64,000 nt of DNA from positions 1 through 64,000 of the forward strand of contig CAVVEU010000002.1 of NCBI GenBank assembly GCA_963747235.1, written 5' to 3'. A program made the position numbers and the translations under genes. Each line of letters begins with the position of its first letter. Positions within the stretch are counted from its first letter, which is position 1. Source of the DNA: an uncultured Candidatus Rokubacteria bacterium. Its GTDB lineage: Bacteria > Methylomirabilota > Methylomirabilia > Rokubacteriales > CSP1-6. Shown one piece after another: positions 20,103 through 31,841 of the stretch. The notes beneath the pieces are model-generated. The model searched no databases. It was not told the DNA's origin and saw nothing but the letters and a program-made list of their open reading frames with translations.

Positions 20103-21691
20103 GCGCGCGGCCCCAGCAGGACCATCCGGTCGCGGCCCACCCGGCCGGACAGGAGCACCTGCCAGCGGGCCTCATGGGCCGCGCGCAGCGTCGCCCACCG
20201 CTCCTCGCGAATCAGCACCACGTCTCCGGGCGCCCGTGCCGCGAGCCGCGCTTCCAGATCCGCCAGGCGCGGCAGCTCCTGAACCGGCCGCCGCAGGTAG
20301 AAGTCATACACGAGCCCCGCGTCGAGATACGTGATGACGCGGGCATCGGGGGGCAGCCGTTCGGCCACCGCCGCGGTGAAGCCGCGGATATTGCTGCGGT
20401 CGGCGTAGCGTCCCGGATAGGTCCATCCCTCGATGATCAGGATACCGCCGAGGGCAAGCGCCAGCGCCACGGTCGCGACGGCGCCCGATCGGCGGACGGC
20501 GAACAGCCCCAGCGCGGCCGCGGGGCCGGCGGCCACGAGCGCGGCGATCATCCAGCGTGGCCAGCCGGCGGGCGGCATGAAGATCCCACCGGGAGCCGTC
20601 CAGAGCAGGACCACGGCCGCCACCACCGCCACGAGCGCGGCGCCCGCGAACGAGGCCAGGAGCACCCGCCGCCCCCGTCCCGAGGGCTCGACCGGCGCGC
20701 GCGCCAGCAGCTCCGCGATCAGCAGCGACAGCGGCGGCAGCACCGGCAGGAAGTAGCGGGCCCGCTGCTCGGCGGAGAGGCTGACCGCCACCGCGATGAC
20801 CAGGGTCCACACCACCAGCGGCCGGCGGCGCGGATCGCGATCGCGCCACCACCACCAGAGCCCGGCGGGCAGGAAGAGCGTCCAGGGAAGGAACCGCGCC
20901 AGGTTCTCCTGCAACGACTCGAGTCGCGAGCCGGCCTTCTGGCGGAAGTACCAGTCGCCGTAGTGGCCGACCACGACGCCGCCCACGTAGCTCCGCTCGG
21001 TCTGCAGGAGATAGGGCAGGAGCCACGGCAGGCTCGCCAGCGCGAGGATGCCGAGCCCCACCGGCAACCGCAGCCATCGGAGGCCACGACGCCCGCCGTC
21101 CTCGATCAGCACCATCGCGAGCGCGGCCAGCAGCGCCACCAGGGCCGCCGGCCCCTTGGTGGCGAGCGCCCCCGCCACGCAGAGGTAGAAGCCCACCAGC
21201 CGCGGGAGCGGCGCGGCCGCCAGCCGCGCGGTCAGCAGGAAGTAGAGCGCCCATGCGAGCCACGCGGTCATCATCATGTCGGAGAAGACCTGGTGCGACA
21301 TGAAATAGAAGAACGGCGCGGTGGCGAGCACGAGCGCGGCGGCGAGCCCGATGCTCGCGTCCCAGAGCCGGGCGCCGAGCGCCGTCACCGCGAGCAGCGC
21401 GGCGAGCGCCGCGAGCACGGAGGCGAGCGGCGCGGTGACGTCGTTCACCACGCCGAAGGGCTTGGCGAGGACCGCGACGGTCCAGAAGTAGAGCGGCGGC
21501 TTGTTCAGGTAGATCACGCCGCGCACCCGGGGCAGCAGCCAGGTGTGCGACTCGACCGCTTCCCGGGCGAGCAAGGCGAAGCGGGCCTCGTCCTGGTTGG
21601 CGAGCGGACGGCGGCCCACCGGCAGCGCGTACACCACGAGGGCGGAGGCGAGCAGCAGCGCGGCGAGTGCCGCCGCGCGGGCGCGGCTCAG
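20099..21691 (-). CDS. ArnT/GT83-like lipid-carrier-dependent glycosyltransferase
   Basis: DEARFALLARE, YLNKPPLYFW, ATKGP, RYFLP motifs; start uncertain and overlaps the lyase stop. Confidence 0.85.
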   Translation of the reverse strand: MSRARAAALAALLLASALVVYALPVGRRPLANQDEARFALLAREAVESHTWLLPRVRGVIYLNKPPLYFWTVAVLAKPFGVVNDVTAPLASVLAALAALLAVTALGARLWDASIGLAAALVLATAPFFYFMSHQVFSDMMMTAWLAWALYFLLTARLAAAPLPRLVGFYLCVAGALATKGPAALVALLAALAMVLIEDGGRRGLRWLRLPVGLGILALASLPWLLPYLLQTERSYVGGVVVGHYGDWYFRQKAGSRLESLQENLARFLPWTLFLPAGLWWWWRDRDPRRRPLVVWTLVIAVAVSLSAEQRARYFLPVLPPLSLLIAELLARAPVEPSGRGRRVLLASFAGAALVAVVAAVVLLWTAPGGIFMPPAGWPRWMIAALVAAGPAAALGLFAVRRSGAVATVALALALGGILIIEGWTYPGRYADRSNIRGFTAAVAERLPPDARVITYLDAGLVYDFYLRRPVQELPRLADLEARLAARAPGDVVLIREERWATLRAAHEARWQVLLSGRVGRDRMVLLGPRA

Positions 21692-22573
21692 AGCACCCCC
21701 GCGCGCCGCGCCCGCTCCGCGATCTTCCGGGCCCGGGTGAGATGCGGCATGTCCATCATCTGCCCCTTCCACGCGAAGGCCCCGGCGCCCCGCCGCGCCT
21801 GCTCCTCGAAGGCGGCGATGAGGGCCACCGCCTCGTCCGCGTCCGCCCGGGACGGCGTGAACTCCGCGTTGATCACCTCGATCTGGCTCGGGTGGATGGA
21901 GATCTTGCCGCTGAAGCCCATCGCGACGCCTTCCCGGCACTCGCGGCGGAGCCCGTCCAGATCCGGGATGTCGGTGAAGACCGTGTCGAGCGCTTCCACC
22001 CCCGCGGCGGAGGCGGCCACCGCGCACATCACGCGCGCGTAGCGCGGGATGTCGAGATAGCGGCCCTCCGCGTCGCGGGTCCGGGGCAGGCCCATGGCCG
22101 CCGAGAGATCCTCGATCCCCCAGGAGACGGCCACGGTGCGGGGGCTCGCGCCCGCGATCTCCTTGATGTTGAGCAGGCCCTCGGGCGTCTCGGTGGCGAT
22201 CAGGACCAGGCGCGTCGAGCCGAACGGCACGCCGTGACGCTGCTCGAGCGCGTCGAGCATGGTGGCGACGCGGCGCACGTCCTCGGCCCGGCGCGGCTTC
22301 GGGACCACGTAGCCGTCGGGGCGGCCCGCGATGGTCTCGGCCAGGTCCGCCTCCGCGTGGTCGGTGAAGACGGGATTCATGCGGACCCAGCGCTCGCGCC
22401 CGCCGAAGTCGAGCGTCTCGAGCCAGCGGCGCACGATGGGCCGGGTGGCCGCCTTGCGGTCGGGCGTCACCGCGTCCTCCAGGTCCAGGATCAGGCCGTC
22501 GGCGGGCAAGCGTGAGCGCCTTGGCGATCATCTTCTCGTTGCCGCCCGGGACGAAGTGGAGCGACCGTCGCAT
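21688..22573 (-). CDS. CitE-like/HpcH CoA-ester lyase (frameshift near 22510)
   Basis: RRSLHFVPG, ILDLEDAV, WVRMN, ETPEG, GKISIHPSQI. Confidence 0.88.
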
Positions 22574-22590
22574 GCCGAGGATCCGCGCCC

Positions 22591-23043
22591 TCAGGCGCTC
22601 CGGCGGCGCATCATGGCGGCGCGCCGGCAGGTCATCACCACGTCGCCGTGCTGGTTGCGCGCCCGGTGCTCGAAGATCACGATGCCCCACTGCGGCCGCG
22701 ACCTCGACTCCCGCTTCTCCACGACCTCGGTCTCCGAGTAGATGGTGTCGCCGTGGAAGACCGGCTTGGGGAACTCGACCTTCTCGAAGCCCAGGTTGCC
22801 CACGGTGGTGCCGAGCGTGGTCTCGCCGACGCTCAGGCCCACCGCGATGCCCAGGGTGAGCAGGCTGTTCACGAGCGGCTTGCCGAACTCCGCCTTCTGG
22901 GCCGCGTGGAAGTCCACGTGCAGCGGCTGCGGGTTCATGGTGAGGCAGGAGAAGAACACGTTGTCCGACTCGGTGATGGTGCGCCCGGGCTGGTGCTTGT
23001 AGACCTGGCCCGGCTCGAGCTCCTCGAACAGCTTGCCCGGCAT
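22591..23043 (-). CDS. MaoC-family dehydratase
   Basis: [34 protein letters not shown]. Confidence 0.9.
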   Translation of the reverse strand: MPGKLFEELEPGQVYKHQPGRTITESDNVFFSCLTMNPQPLHVDFHAAQKAEFGKPLVNSLLTLGIAVGLSVGETTLGTTVGNLGFEKVEFPKPVFHGDTIYSETEVVEKRESRSRPQWGIVIFEHRARNQHGDVVMTCRRAAMMRRRSA

Positions 23044-23084
23044 CGCTCGTCTCCTCCGGTCCGGCGGGGGTGGGTCGGGACGGC

Positions 23085-23810
23085 TCAGCGCGCGGCGACG
23101 CGGGCGGCGTCCAGCTCCGCGATCACGCGGGCGCTCGAGTCCACCCGCCCGAGCAGCCGCTGGAAGTTCTGGCACGCGGCCTCGTGAAGCGGCCGGCTCG
23201 CCGCGCCGCAGCCGTCCTCCACGAGCAGGCAGCGGAAGCCGCGATCGGCCGCGTCCCGCGCGGTGCCCTCCACGCACGAGTTGGTGGAGACGCCGGTGAA
23301 GACGAGCTGCTCCACGCCCCACGCCCGGACGAGCCGCTCGAAGCCCGAGGAGTGGAACGCGCTCATCGTGGTCTTGTTCAGCACGGGCTCGTGCGGCCGG
23401 GGCGCCAGCGCGTCCAGGATCTCGTGCTCCCGCCGGCCCCGCGTATTGCCCACCGCCTCCGCCATCGGCCGCATGTGGGGCGGCAGGTCGCTGTAGTCCG
23501 GCAGCTCCGAGCCCACCGTGAGGAAGATGACCCGCAGGCTTCGTTCGCGGAACGCGGCGAGCAGCGACTGGATGGTGGGCACCAGCACGGTCTCGATTCG
23601 GTCGAAGCGCTCCGTGCCCTGCGCCTCGCGCCCCTGGTCCTTCAGGAGCCGCCCCAGGCCCTCGTGGCGCGAGCCGCTCGCGTACTGCATGTCCACCACC
23701 ACGAGCGCCACCTTGGCGGGATCGAGCCGGAAGCCCGGATTGAACTGGCTCGCGTAGTCGGCAATCCGCACCCGGGAGAGGGTCGGGGCGAGGGCTCGAC
23801 GATCGGACAT
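23085..23810 (-). CDS. Isochorismatase-like cysteine hydrolase
   Basis: [24 protein letters not shown] triad motifs. Confidence 0.88.
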   Translation of the reverse strand: MSDRRALAPTLSRVRIADYASQFNPGFRLDPAKVALVVVDMQYASGSRHEGLGRLLKDQGREAQGTERFDRIETVLVPTIQSLLAAFRERSLRVIFLTVGSELPDYSDLPPHMRPMAEAVGNTRGRREHEILDALAPRPHEPVLNKTTMSAFHSSGFERLVRAWGVEQLVFTGVSTNSCVEGTARDAADRGFRCLLVEDGCGAASRPLHEAACQNFQRLLGRVDSSARVIAELDAARVAAR

Positions 23811-23820
23811 GGAGCGGCAG

Positions 23821-25251
23821 CTAGCAGGCCGGACGGCGGAGGACGGCCGGGTCGATCTTCCGCGACACCCACTGCCCATCGCTCGGGCTGCCGAGCAGCC
23901 GGCCGCGCTCCGCGATGACCTTGCCGCGGAGCAGGGTCATGACGGGCCATCCCGACACCGCCCAGCCCTCCCACGGGCTGTAGTCCGTCACGTGGAAATC
24001 GTCGCGGGTCAGCGTCTTGCGGATCGTCGGGTCGATCAGCACCAGGTCGGCGTCGCTGCCCGGGGCGATGACGCCCTTCTTGGGATAGAGCCCGAGGATC
24101 CGCGCCGCGTTGGTGGCGGTGACGTCGGCGAAGCGCGTGAGCGACATGCCGCGCTTGACCACGCCCTCGGTGTAGCCGATGCCGATGCGCGCCTCCGCTC
24201 CCACGTTGCCGCCGGTCACGTCCTCGATGGTGCGGCCCTTGAGCTTGAGCTCGAGGCTCGTCGGGTACTCGTCGGTGGCGAGGGTGGAGAGCCCGTCGTG
24301 CACGAGCCCTTCCCAGAGCGCCTGCTGGTCCTCCGGGAACTTGAGCGACGGGTAGGTGTGCGAGCAGAACCCGCGCGGGGTCTTGTAGTACTCGGCGCTG
24401 AAGCACGCGTACTGGTGCAGCGTCTCGCCGTAGACCGGCAGCCCCTGCGACCGGGCCTCCGCGATCGCCTCGACCCCCTCGCGCGCGGAGACGTGGACGA
24501 AGTACACGCCGGCCCCGGTCGCCTTGGCGAGCGCGGTCGTCCGCCGGAAGGCCAGCAGCTCCGAGAGCTTGGTGTGGACGAGATGGAGGTTGCTGCCCTC
24601 CATGCGCCCTTCCTCGCGGAAGCGCTCGTAGTTGAACTGGACCAGATCCTCGTCCTCGCCGTGCACGACCATGATGCCGCCCGCCTTCGCGACCTTCTCC
24701 ATGGCGAAGTGGATGCGCCCGAAGTCGATGCGGTTGCCCGCGCGCTTCGGATGGGGCGGCAGCACGTTGGTGGTGAAGACCTTGAAGCTCGGGTACCCCG
24801 CCTGCACCGCCTCCCCGATCTGGTCGAAGACGCGGATCGGCAGCGCCCCCGCGAGCGTGAGATGGAAGGCGTAGTCCACGTAGGAGTTGCCCTTCCACCG
24901 GCTCGCCCGCTGCTCGATCACCGGTTGGATGTCGAGACCCGGCCGCACGTAGGCGAAATCGATGTGGGTGGTGGTGCCGCCGCACGCCATGCCCTTCGTG
25001 TCGTCCTCGGGGCCCAGGGTCATCGCGGGCGCCTCGGGATGCGACATGATGCCGTGGGCCAGGTGCGCGTGCGGCTCGACGCCGCCGGGCGAGACGATCT
25101 GACCCGCCGCGTCGATGACGCGGGCGCCCTCGGTGGGCAGCGTGCCGGCCGCGCCGATCACCGCGATCCGCTCTCCCTGCACGCCCACGTCCCAGAGCCC
25201 GACGCCCTGCGGCGTGATGACCTGCCCGTTGCGGATCACGAGATCGAGCAC
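23821..25251 (-). CDS. Dihydropyrimidinase/hydantoinase-like cyclic amidohydrolase
   Basis: PGGVEPHAH, GGTTT, SFKVF, VHGED, ATD, KGVIAPGSDADLV. Confidence 0.85.
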   Translation of the reverse strand: MLDLVIRNGQVITPQGVGLWDVGVQGERIAVIGAAGTLPTEGARVIDAAGQIVSPGGVEPHAHLAHGIMSHPEAPAMTLGPEDDTKGMACGGTTTHIDFAYVRPGLDIQPVIEQRASRWKGNSYVDYAFHLTLAGALPIRVFDQIGEAVQAGYPSFKVFTTNVLPPHPKRAGNRIDFGRIHFAMEKVAKAGGIMVVHGEDEDLVQFNYERFREEGRMEGSNLHLVHTKLSELLAFRRTTALAKATGAGVYFVHVSAREGVEAIAEARSQGLPVYGETLHQYACFSAEYYKTPRGFCSHTYPSLKFPEDQQALWEGLVHDGLSTLATDEYPTSLELKLKGRTIEDVTGGNVGAEARIGIGYTEGVVKRGMSLTRFADVTATNAARILGLYPKKGVIAPGSDADLVLIDPTIRKTLTRDDFHVTDYSPWEGWAVSGWPVMTLLRGKVIAERGRLLGSPSDGQWVSRKIDPAVLRRPAC

Positions 25252-25298
25252 GGAAGGAGCCTAGCCCAGGTGACGCGTGGCCGTCAACGCCGGCGCGC

Positions 25299-26718
25299 TC
25301 ACGGCAAGGCGGGCCGGCGGCCGTGCCACGCGGTCGCGCGCTCGTAGGCGTCGCCCAGCCGCAGCAGCGTCGCCTCCTCGAAGGGCCGCCCCACGAGCTG
25401 CATCGCGAGCGGGCGCCCGTCGGCCGTGGCCCCGCACGGCACGGAGAGCGCGGGAACGCCGAGCGCGTTGAACGGCCGCGTGAGCCGCGAGAAGCGCCCC
25501 ATGCGGGCGATGACATCGGCCGATGCGCCGGCCTTGGCGTCGGCGAGCGCGGGGGCGGGCTCCGGGATGGTGGGCGTGACCAGCACGTCGATCCGCGAGA
25601 AGACCGAGTCGAGGAACTCGCGCGTGAAGCGGGCGCGCAGCCGCTGGCCCTGCAGGTACTCGTAGGCGCTCACCGTGAGGCCGGGGGCCAGCCGGTCGCG
25701 CACCGCCGGCTGCAGCTCGCCCGGCCGCTCCTTGAGGAGGCGCGAGTGCATCGCGGCGCCCTCCGCGCGCACCATCGGGTTGCTGCACAGCGGCGACGAT
25801 CGGCCCCGGGTCCGGCACCGTCACCGCCTCGACCGCCGCGCCCAGCTCCCGGAGCGCGCGCCACCGCCTCCGCGAGCGCGCTCGACACCGCCGCGTCGAG
25901 ATCCTCGTCGTAGAAGCCGCCGGCCACGCCCACGCGCAACCCTCGGACGCGGCCGTCGAGCGCGGCCAGATAGTCCGGGACCGCGCGCCGGCTCGACGTG
26001 GCGTCGAGCGGATCGTGGCCCGCGATCAGGCCCAGCATGAGCGCGGCGTCGCGCGTGGTGCGCGCGAGCGGGCCCACGTGATCGTAGGACCACGACAGCG
26101 GCATGACGCCCGCGCGGCTCACGCGGCCGTAGGTGGCCTTGAGCCCCACCACGCCGCAGCACGCCGCGGGCAGCCGGATCGAGCCGCCGGTGTCGGTGCC
26201 GAGCGCGCCCGCGGCCAGGGCCGCGGCCACCGCCGCCCCCGAGCCGCTGCTCGATCCGCCGGAGACGTGGCCGAGCCGCCACGGGTTCTGCACGTCGCCG
26301 TGATGCGCGTTGTCGCCGAAGGGCCCCATCGCGAGCTCGGTCATGTTGAGCTTGCCGAGCGTGATCGCGCCCGCGGCCACGAGCCGCGCCACCGCGGTGC
26401 AGGGCGGCGCGCCCACGAAGTAGTCGGCGGTGCGGGTGCCGCAGGAGGTGGGCAGGCCCGCGATCAGGCAGAGATCCTTGTGGGCGAGCGGCACGCCGTG
26501 GAGCGGCCCGCGCCAGGCGCCCGCCGTCGCCTCGCGCTCGAGCGTCCGCGCGGCGGCCAGCGCGCCGTCGCCGTCCACCGTGATGAACGCGCGCAGCGTG
26601 GCGTCGAGCTTGCCGATGCGGTCGAGATAGGCGCGGGTCAGCTCGACCGGCGAGAGCCGCCGGCTCCGCACCGCGGCCGCCAGCTCGGTGATCGGCGAGA
26701 AGAGCAGGTCGTCCATGA

Positions 26719-26722
<4 letters not shown>
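25299..26722 (-). CDS. Amidase signature family protein (frameshifts near 25790 and 25860)
   Basis: GVPLAHKD, GKLNMTE, GGSSSGSG, GTDTGGSIRLPAA; C-terminal PLAMQLVGRPFEE in another frame. Confidence 0.88.
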
Positions 26723-27425
<703 letters not shown>

Positions 27426-27429
<4 letters not shown>

Positions 27430-28160
27430 CGCCGCGCCTCCACCGCCCCCTCGCCCAGGTAGGCCTCCACCACGCGCGGGTCGCGCGCCACCGCCGCGGG
27501 AGCGCCGTCGGCGATCTTCTCCCCGTGATGCAGGACCACGAGGCGGTGGGACAGGGCCAGGATCGCGCGCATCACGTGCTCGATGATGAGCAGGCTCACC
27601 CCGCGCTCGTGGATGCGACGGATCAGGCCGATGATCGCCTCGATCTCGGTCGGGTTGAGCCCCGCCATGACCTCGTCCAGCAGCAGCAGGCGGGGCCCGG
27701 TGGCGAGCCCGCGGGCCACCTCCAGGCGCTTGCGGTCGGCGAGCGTGAGGTTGCGGGCGGGCACGTCGCGGCGCGGCCCGAGCCCGACGAAGTCCACGAT
27801 CTCCGCGGCCTGCCGCCGGGCCGTCCCGACGTCGCGCGCCCGGTTGAAGGCCCCCACCATCACGTTCTCGAGCGTGGTGAGCCCCGCGAAGGGCTGCACG
27901 AGCTGGAACGTCCGCGCGAGGCCGAGCCGGCAGATCGCGTGGGGCTTGAGCCCGACCAGGGACGTGTCGTCGAAGGCGATGGCGCCGTCGGTCGGCGCGT
28001 GGAAGCCCGCGATGAGGTGGAACACGGTGGTCTTGCCGGCCCCGTTGGGCCCGATGAGCCCGACGATCTCGCCCGGCGCGACCGTGAGATCGAACCGGTT
28101 GACGGCCTGCAGCCCGCCGAAGCGCTTGCTGAGCCCGCGGACCGCAAGCCCCGCGCTCAT
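27426..28160 (-). CDS. livG: ABC ATPase (LivG-like)
   Basis: GLIGPNGAGKTT, ARTFQ, LLDEVMAGL, AYLG. Confidence 0.9.
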
Positions 28161-29110
28161 GCCGGGCGCCCCGACGGGCGGCGGCTCCGCAGCCAGCCCA
28201 TGAGCCCGTTCGGCAGGAACGAGATGACCAGGATCAGGATCAGCCCGTAGAGCATGATGTCGGCCCCCGCCCGGCCGCGCAGCAGCGCGCGCGTGATCTC
28301 GGAGATCGGCGTGAGCACGAACGAGCCCAGCAGCGGGCCGGCGACCGTGCCGGCCCCACCCACGATCGCGGGCAGGAGGCCGCCGATGGAGATGGCCGGC
28401 CCGAAGGTCAGGCTCGGGTCGATGTAGGCGAAGTACTGCGCGTAGAAGGTCCCGCCCAGCGCGGTGAGGAAGGACGACACCGCCATCGCGGAGAGCTTGG
28501 TGGCGAGCGCGTTCACGCCGGACGCCTCCGCCGCGTCCTCGTTCTCGCGGATCGCGGCCAGCGCGTAGCCCATGCGCGAGCGCTCGATCGCGCGGCAGAT
28601 CAGGAGCACGCCCAGCACCATCGCGAGGATCACGTAGTAGTAGGGCAGCTTGCCCGCGAAGACGAACTGCAGCGGGGTCGAGCCCCGGCTCGGCACGACG
28701 AGGCCGAGGGAGGAGCCCACCGCCTTCCAGTTCACCGCGACGACCCGAAGCATCTCGGCGAACGCCAGCGTCACGAGGGAGAAGTACGGGCCGCGGAGCC
28801 CGTAGCGAAACGAGAGATAGCCCGCGAAGAGGCCGAACGCGGCGGCCAGCACTCCGCCCGCGACCATGCCGAGCCAGGGCGTCACGCCGAGCTGGAGGAA
28901 GAGCAGGGTCGAGGTGTAGGCCCCGATCCCGAAGAACGCGGCGTGGCCGAACGAGAACTGCCCGCCGTAGCCCCCCAGGATATTCCAGCACGCGCCGAGG
29001 TAGCCGAAGAAGAGGATGCTGATCAGCACCTCGAGCGCGTACTTCGGCAGGAGCGGCGGCACCGCCACCAGCAGGGCCAGCGCGAGCGTGATGGCGATCC
29101 TAGCGACCAC
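28157..29110 (-). CDS. livM: ABC permease (LivM-like)
   Basis: GQFSFGHAAFFG, GPYFSLVTL, IRENEDAAEASGV. Confidence 0.9.
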   Translation of the reverse strand: MVARIAITLALALLVAVPPLLPKYALEVLISILFFGYLGACWNILGGYGGQFSFGHAAFFGIGAYTSTLLFLQLGVTPWLGMVAGGVLAAAFGLFAGYLSFRYGLRGPYFSLVTLAFAEMLRVVAVNWKAVGSSLGLVVPSRGSTPLQFVFAGKLPYYYVILAMVLGVLLICRAIERSRMGYALAAIRENEDAAEASGVNALATKLSAMAVSSFLTALGGTFYAQYFAYIDPSLTFGPAISIGGLLPAIVGGAGTVAGPLLGSFVLTPISEITRALLRGRAGADIMLYGLILILVISFLPNGLMGWLRSRRPSGRPA

Positions 29111-29973
29111 GACGCCCCCCGAACAGCCCTTCCGGACGCAGGAGCAGCACGATCACGAAGAGGCCGAAGACCACGAGCTGCTTGAGCGAGCCGGGCAGGA
29201 AGGCGGCGCCCAGCGACTCGGCCAGCCCCACGATGAAGCCGCCCAGGAGGGCGCCCAGGAAGTTGCCCATGCCGCCCAGCACCACGACCACGAAGGCCAT
29301 GATGTTGAAGCTCTCGCCCACGTCGGGGGCCACGTAGAAGAACGGGGTGATCAGCGCGCCCGCCACCGCCACGCACGCCGAGCCGATGCCGAAGGCCACG
29401 CTCCGGATGCGCGCGACGTCGATGCCGACCAGCATCGCGCCTTCCGCCTCCTCCGAGAGCGCGCGGATGGCCTTGCCCGCGTCGGTCATGCGGAGGAAGG
29501 CCCAGAGGGCGAGCGCGATCAGCACCGCCCCGCCCGCCGCGATCAGCCGCGGCACCTCCACGAGCACGTCGGCCACCATGAAGGACGCCCCCGAGTAGGC
29601 GACGCGCACGGTGCGGAAGTCGCCCTGCCAGAGCACGAGGGCCAGGTTCTCGAAGAAGAGGGCCAGGCCCAGGGTGAGCAGGAGCTGGTTGTGCTCGGCG
29701 GCGGCGCGATTGGGCTCGATGACGATGCGCTGGATGAGGACGCCGATGCCGAAGAAGAGCGGCCCGGTGACGAGGATCGAGAGGTACGGATCCACGCCCA
29801 GCAGCACGAAGAGCCAGTAGGAGGTGTACATCCCGAGCATCATCACCGCGCCGTGGGCGAAGTTGATGATGCGCAGCACCCCGAAGATCAGCGAGAGCCC
29901 GCTCGCCACGAGCCCGTAGACGCCGCCCGAGCAGCAGGCCGCTGACGACGGCCTGGAAGAAGAGCCAGGTCAC
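29100..29973 (-). CDS. livH: ABC permease (LivH-like; frameshift near 29925)
   Basis: GLSLIFGVLRIINFAHG, VVLGGMG, RPEGLFG. Confidence 0.88.
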
Positions 29974-29983
29974 CTCGCGGGGA

Positions 29984-31227
29984 CTAGCCCTTCCACTTGG
30001 GAACCGGGAACACCGGCTTGGCCTCCACGAAGCGCGCGGGGCCCACCACCAGCGGCTTGCCGCCCTGCACCTGCAGCAGCGCGGGGCTGGCGTTGACGTT
30101 CTCGCCCGCGTCGTCGAAGCGAATGGCGTCCTGGGTCAGGATGTGGTCGGTGAGGTTGGTCTTGCTGATCGCGTCGCGCACCTTCTCGCGGTCGGTCGAG
30201 CCGGCCCGCTCCAGCGCGTCCTTCAGCACGAACATCACCTGGTAGCCCTGCACGCCGTGGTTGGACATGACCGAGTTGAAGCGCTTCTGGTACGCGTCGA
30301 ACACCGCGCGGGCCCGCGCGCTCTGCGGATTGTGCCAGTAGTTGCCGTCGAAGAGATGATCGGTGAGCTCGCGGTTCTCGGTGATGAAGCGCGGGATTCG
30401 AGTACGCCGCGTTGGCCAGGCCCACCAGGGCGTGCACCCCGATCCGGAGCTTGGCCGCGGTCTCCGCGATGATCTTGGAGTCGCCGTAGTAGCCGCTGAT
30501 CACCAGCAGGTCGGGCCGCGTCGCCTTCACCTTGGAGAGCTCCGCGGTGAAGTCGGGGGAGCGCAGGTTGTACGGCACGCGCTGCACCAGCTCGTAGCCC
30601 ATCTTGCCCGCGAAGGCCTCCACGTGGTTGCCCATCGTGGTGCCGAAGTTGCCGTCCTCGTGCATCATGGCCACCCGCTTGATCGGGGTGCCCGCGGCCT
30701 TGGCCATCTCCAGCATGTTCCCCACCGTGAGGGTGGCCATGGCGCGGCCGTTCGGCTGCATGCGGAACGTGTAGCGCAGCCCGCCCTCGAGGACGTTGTC
30801 GGCCACGGTGGCCAGCAGGAGGAACGGGGTCTTGTTCTTCTCGGTGACCTGGCGGACCGAGAACGCGACCAGGCTCGAGAAGGGTCCGATGATCGCGGTG
30901 ACGCCCTGATCGATCAGGCGCGCCGCTTCCGAGTTGCCCAGCTCGACCTTGTTCTGGGTGTCGCCCGGGAGCAGGGTGATCTGCGCGCCGCCGAGCGACT
31001 TGATGCCGCCCGCCCCGTTGATCTCGTCCACCGCCTGCTGCAGCCCGTTGAGCGCGAGCTGCGCCTCGAAGGCGAGCGGCCCCGTCACCGGCAGCATGTA
31101 GCCGACCTTCACCTCGCGGGACTGCGCGCGCAGGACGGGCGGGCGCGACGAGGGTGGCGGCGCCCGCGGCGCCCATGGTCGTGAGGAAACGGCGCCGGCC
31201 GATCCGCGTGGTGGTGTCGTTCGACAT
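29984..31227 (-). CDS. Tat-exported ABC substrate-binding protein (frameshifts near 30395 and 31140)
   Basis: GRRRFL twin-arginine signal; VKVGYMLPVTGP, INGAGGIKSLGGA; three ORF pieces; GGAGG RBS. Confidence 0.82.
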
Positions 31228-31638
31228 CGTGTCCTCCGGAGGGAAATCGAGTGAGTGGATGGCGGCGAGCCTAGCATCCACCCCCTACCCTGTCAACGCG
31301 CGGGCCCTCGCCCGCGCGGTGGAATCCGCGCGGCGCCATGTCGTCGTTGCCGGATCTCGCTCATCAGGAACGTGCGCCTCATGCGACCGGATTCTCACGC
31401 GATCGAGACGCGGGAGCGCGGCATGGCGAGCGACCGCTTCGGCCGCGTGGCGCCGGCCAGCGTCGCGACGCGCGCGCGAGATCTTCGCGCGCGCGATGGA
31501 GCGGCCGAGCGCTCCGACGACTTCTGCTCGCGCGCGGGGGCTTCGGTGGCACCGAGCACCTGCCCTCCGGGGTCTCCGCGAGGGCCGCCGCCGCGCGCAA
31601 TCCCGCGCCGCGCTTCGGCCGGGCGCGTCGTAACCCGT

Positions 31639-31698
31639 TCATCCACAGCTATCCACAGGTTTTCCCGCATCCCCAGCCTACCCACATCTTGTGGATAA
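31639..31698. promoter_or_regulatory. DnaA-box cluster
   Basis: Perfect TGTGGATAA at 31690-31698; 1-mismatch TCATCCACA (31639) and CTATCCACA (31649); 2-mismatch CTACCCACA (31678). Confidence 0.7.
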
Positions 31699-31761
31699 CC
31701 GGGCCGCCGACCCCCACTCATGGGGGTGATTCAGTAAGGTCAGAACCCGAAAAGGTACATG

Positions 31762-31790
31762 TTGACTGGGGTTTGCGCTTCGACTAGAGT
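31762..31790 (+). promoter_or_regulatory. Sigma70-like promoter of the DGQHR gene
   Basis: TTGACT-N17-TAGAGT; GGAGG upstream of the ATG at 31842. Confidence 0.6.
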
Positions 31791-31841
31791 ACCCCCTGTT
31801 CCCCCGCTACATAGACCATCCCCACGGAGGCGGATCGGTTC

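Noticed and set aside
31230-31840. Chromosomal oriC
   Set aside because: No dnaA, dnaN or gidA nearby, no clear AT-rich unwinding element, and genes are mostly on the minus strand on both sides; not excluded but unsupported
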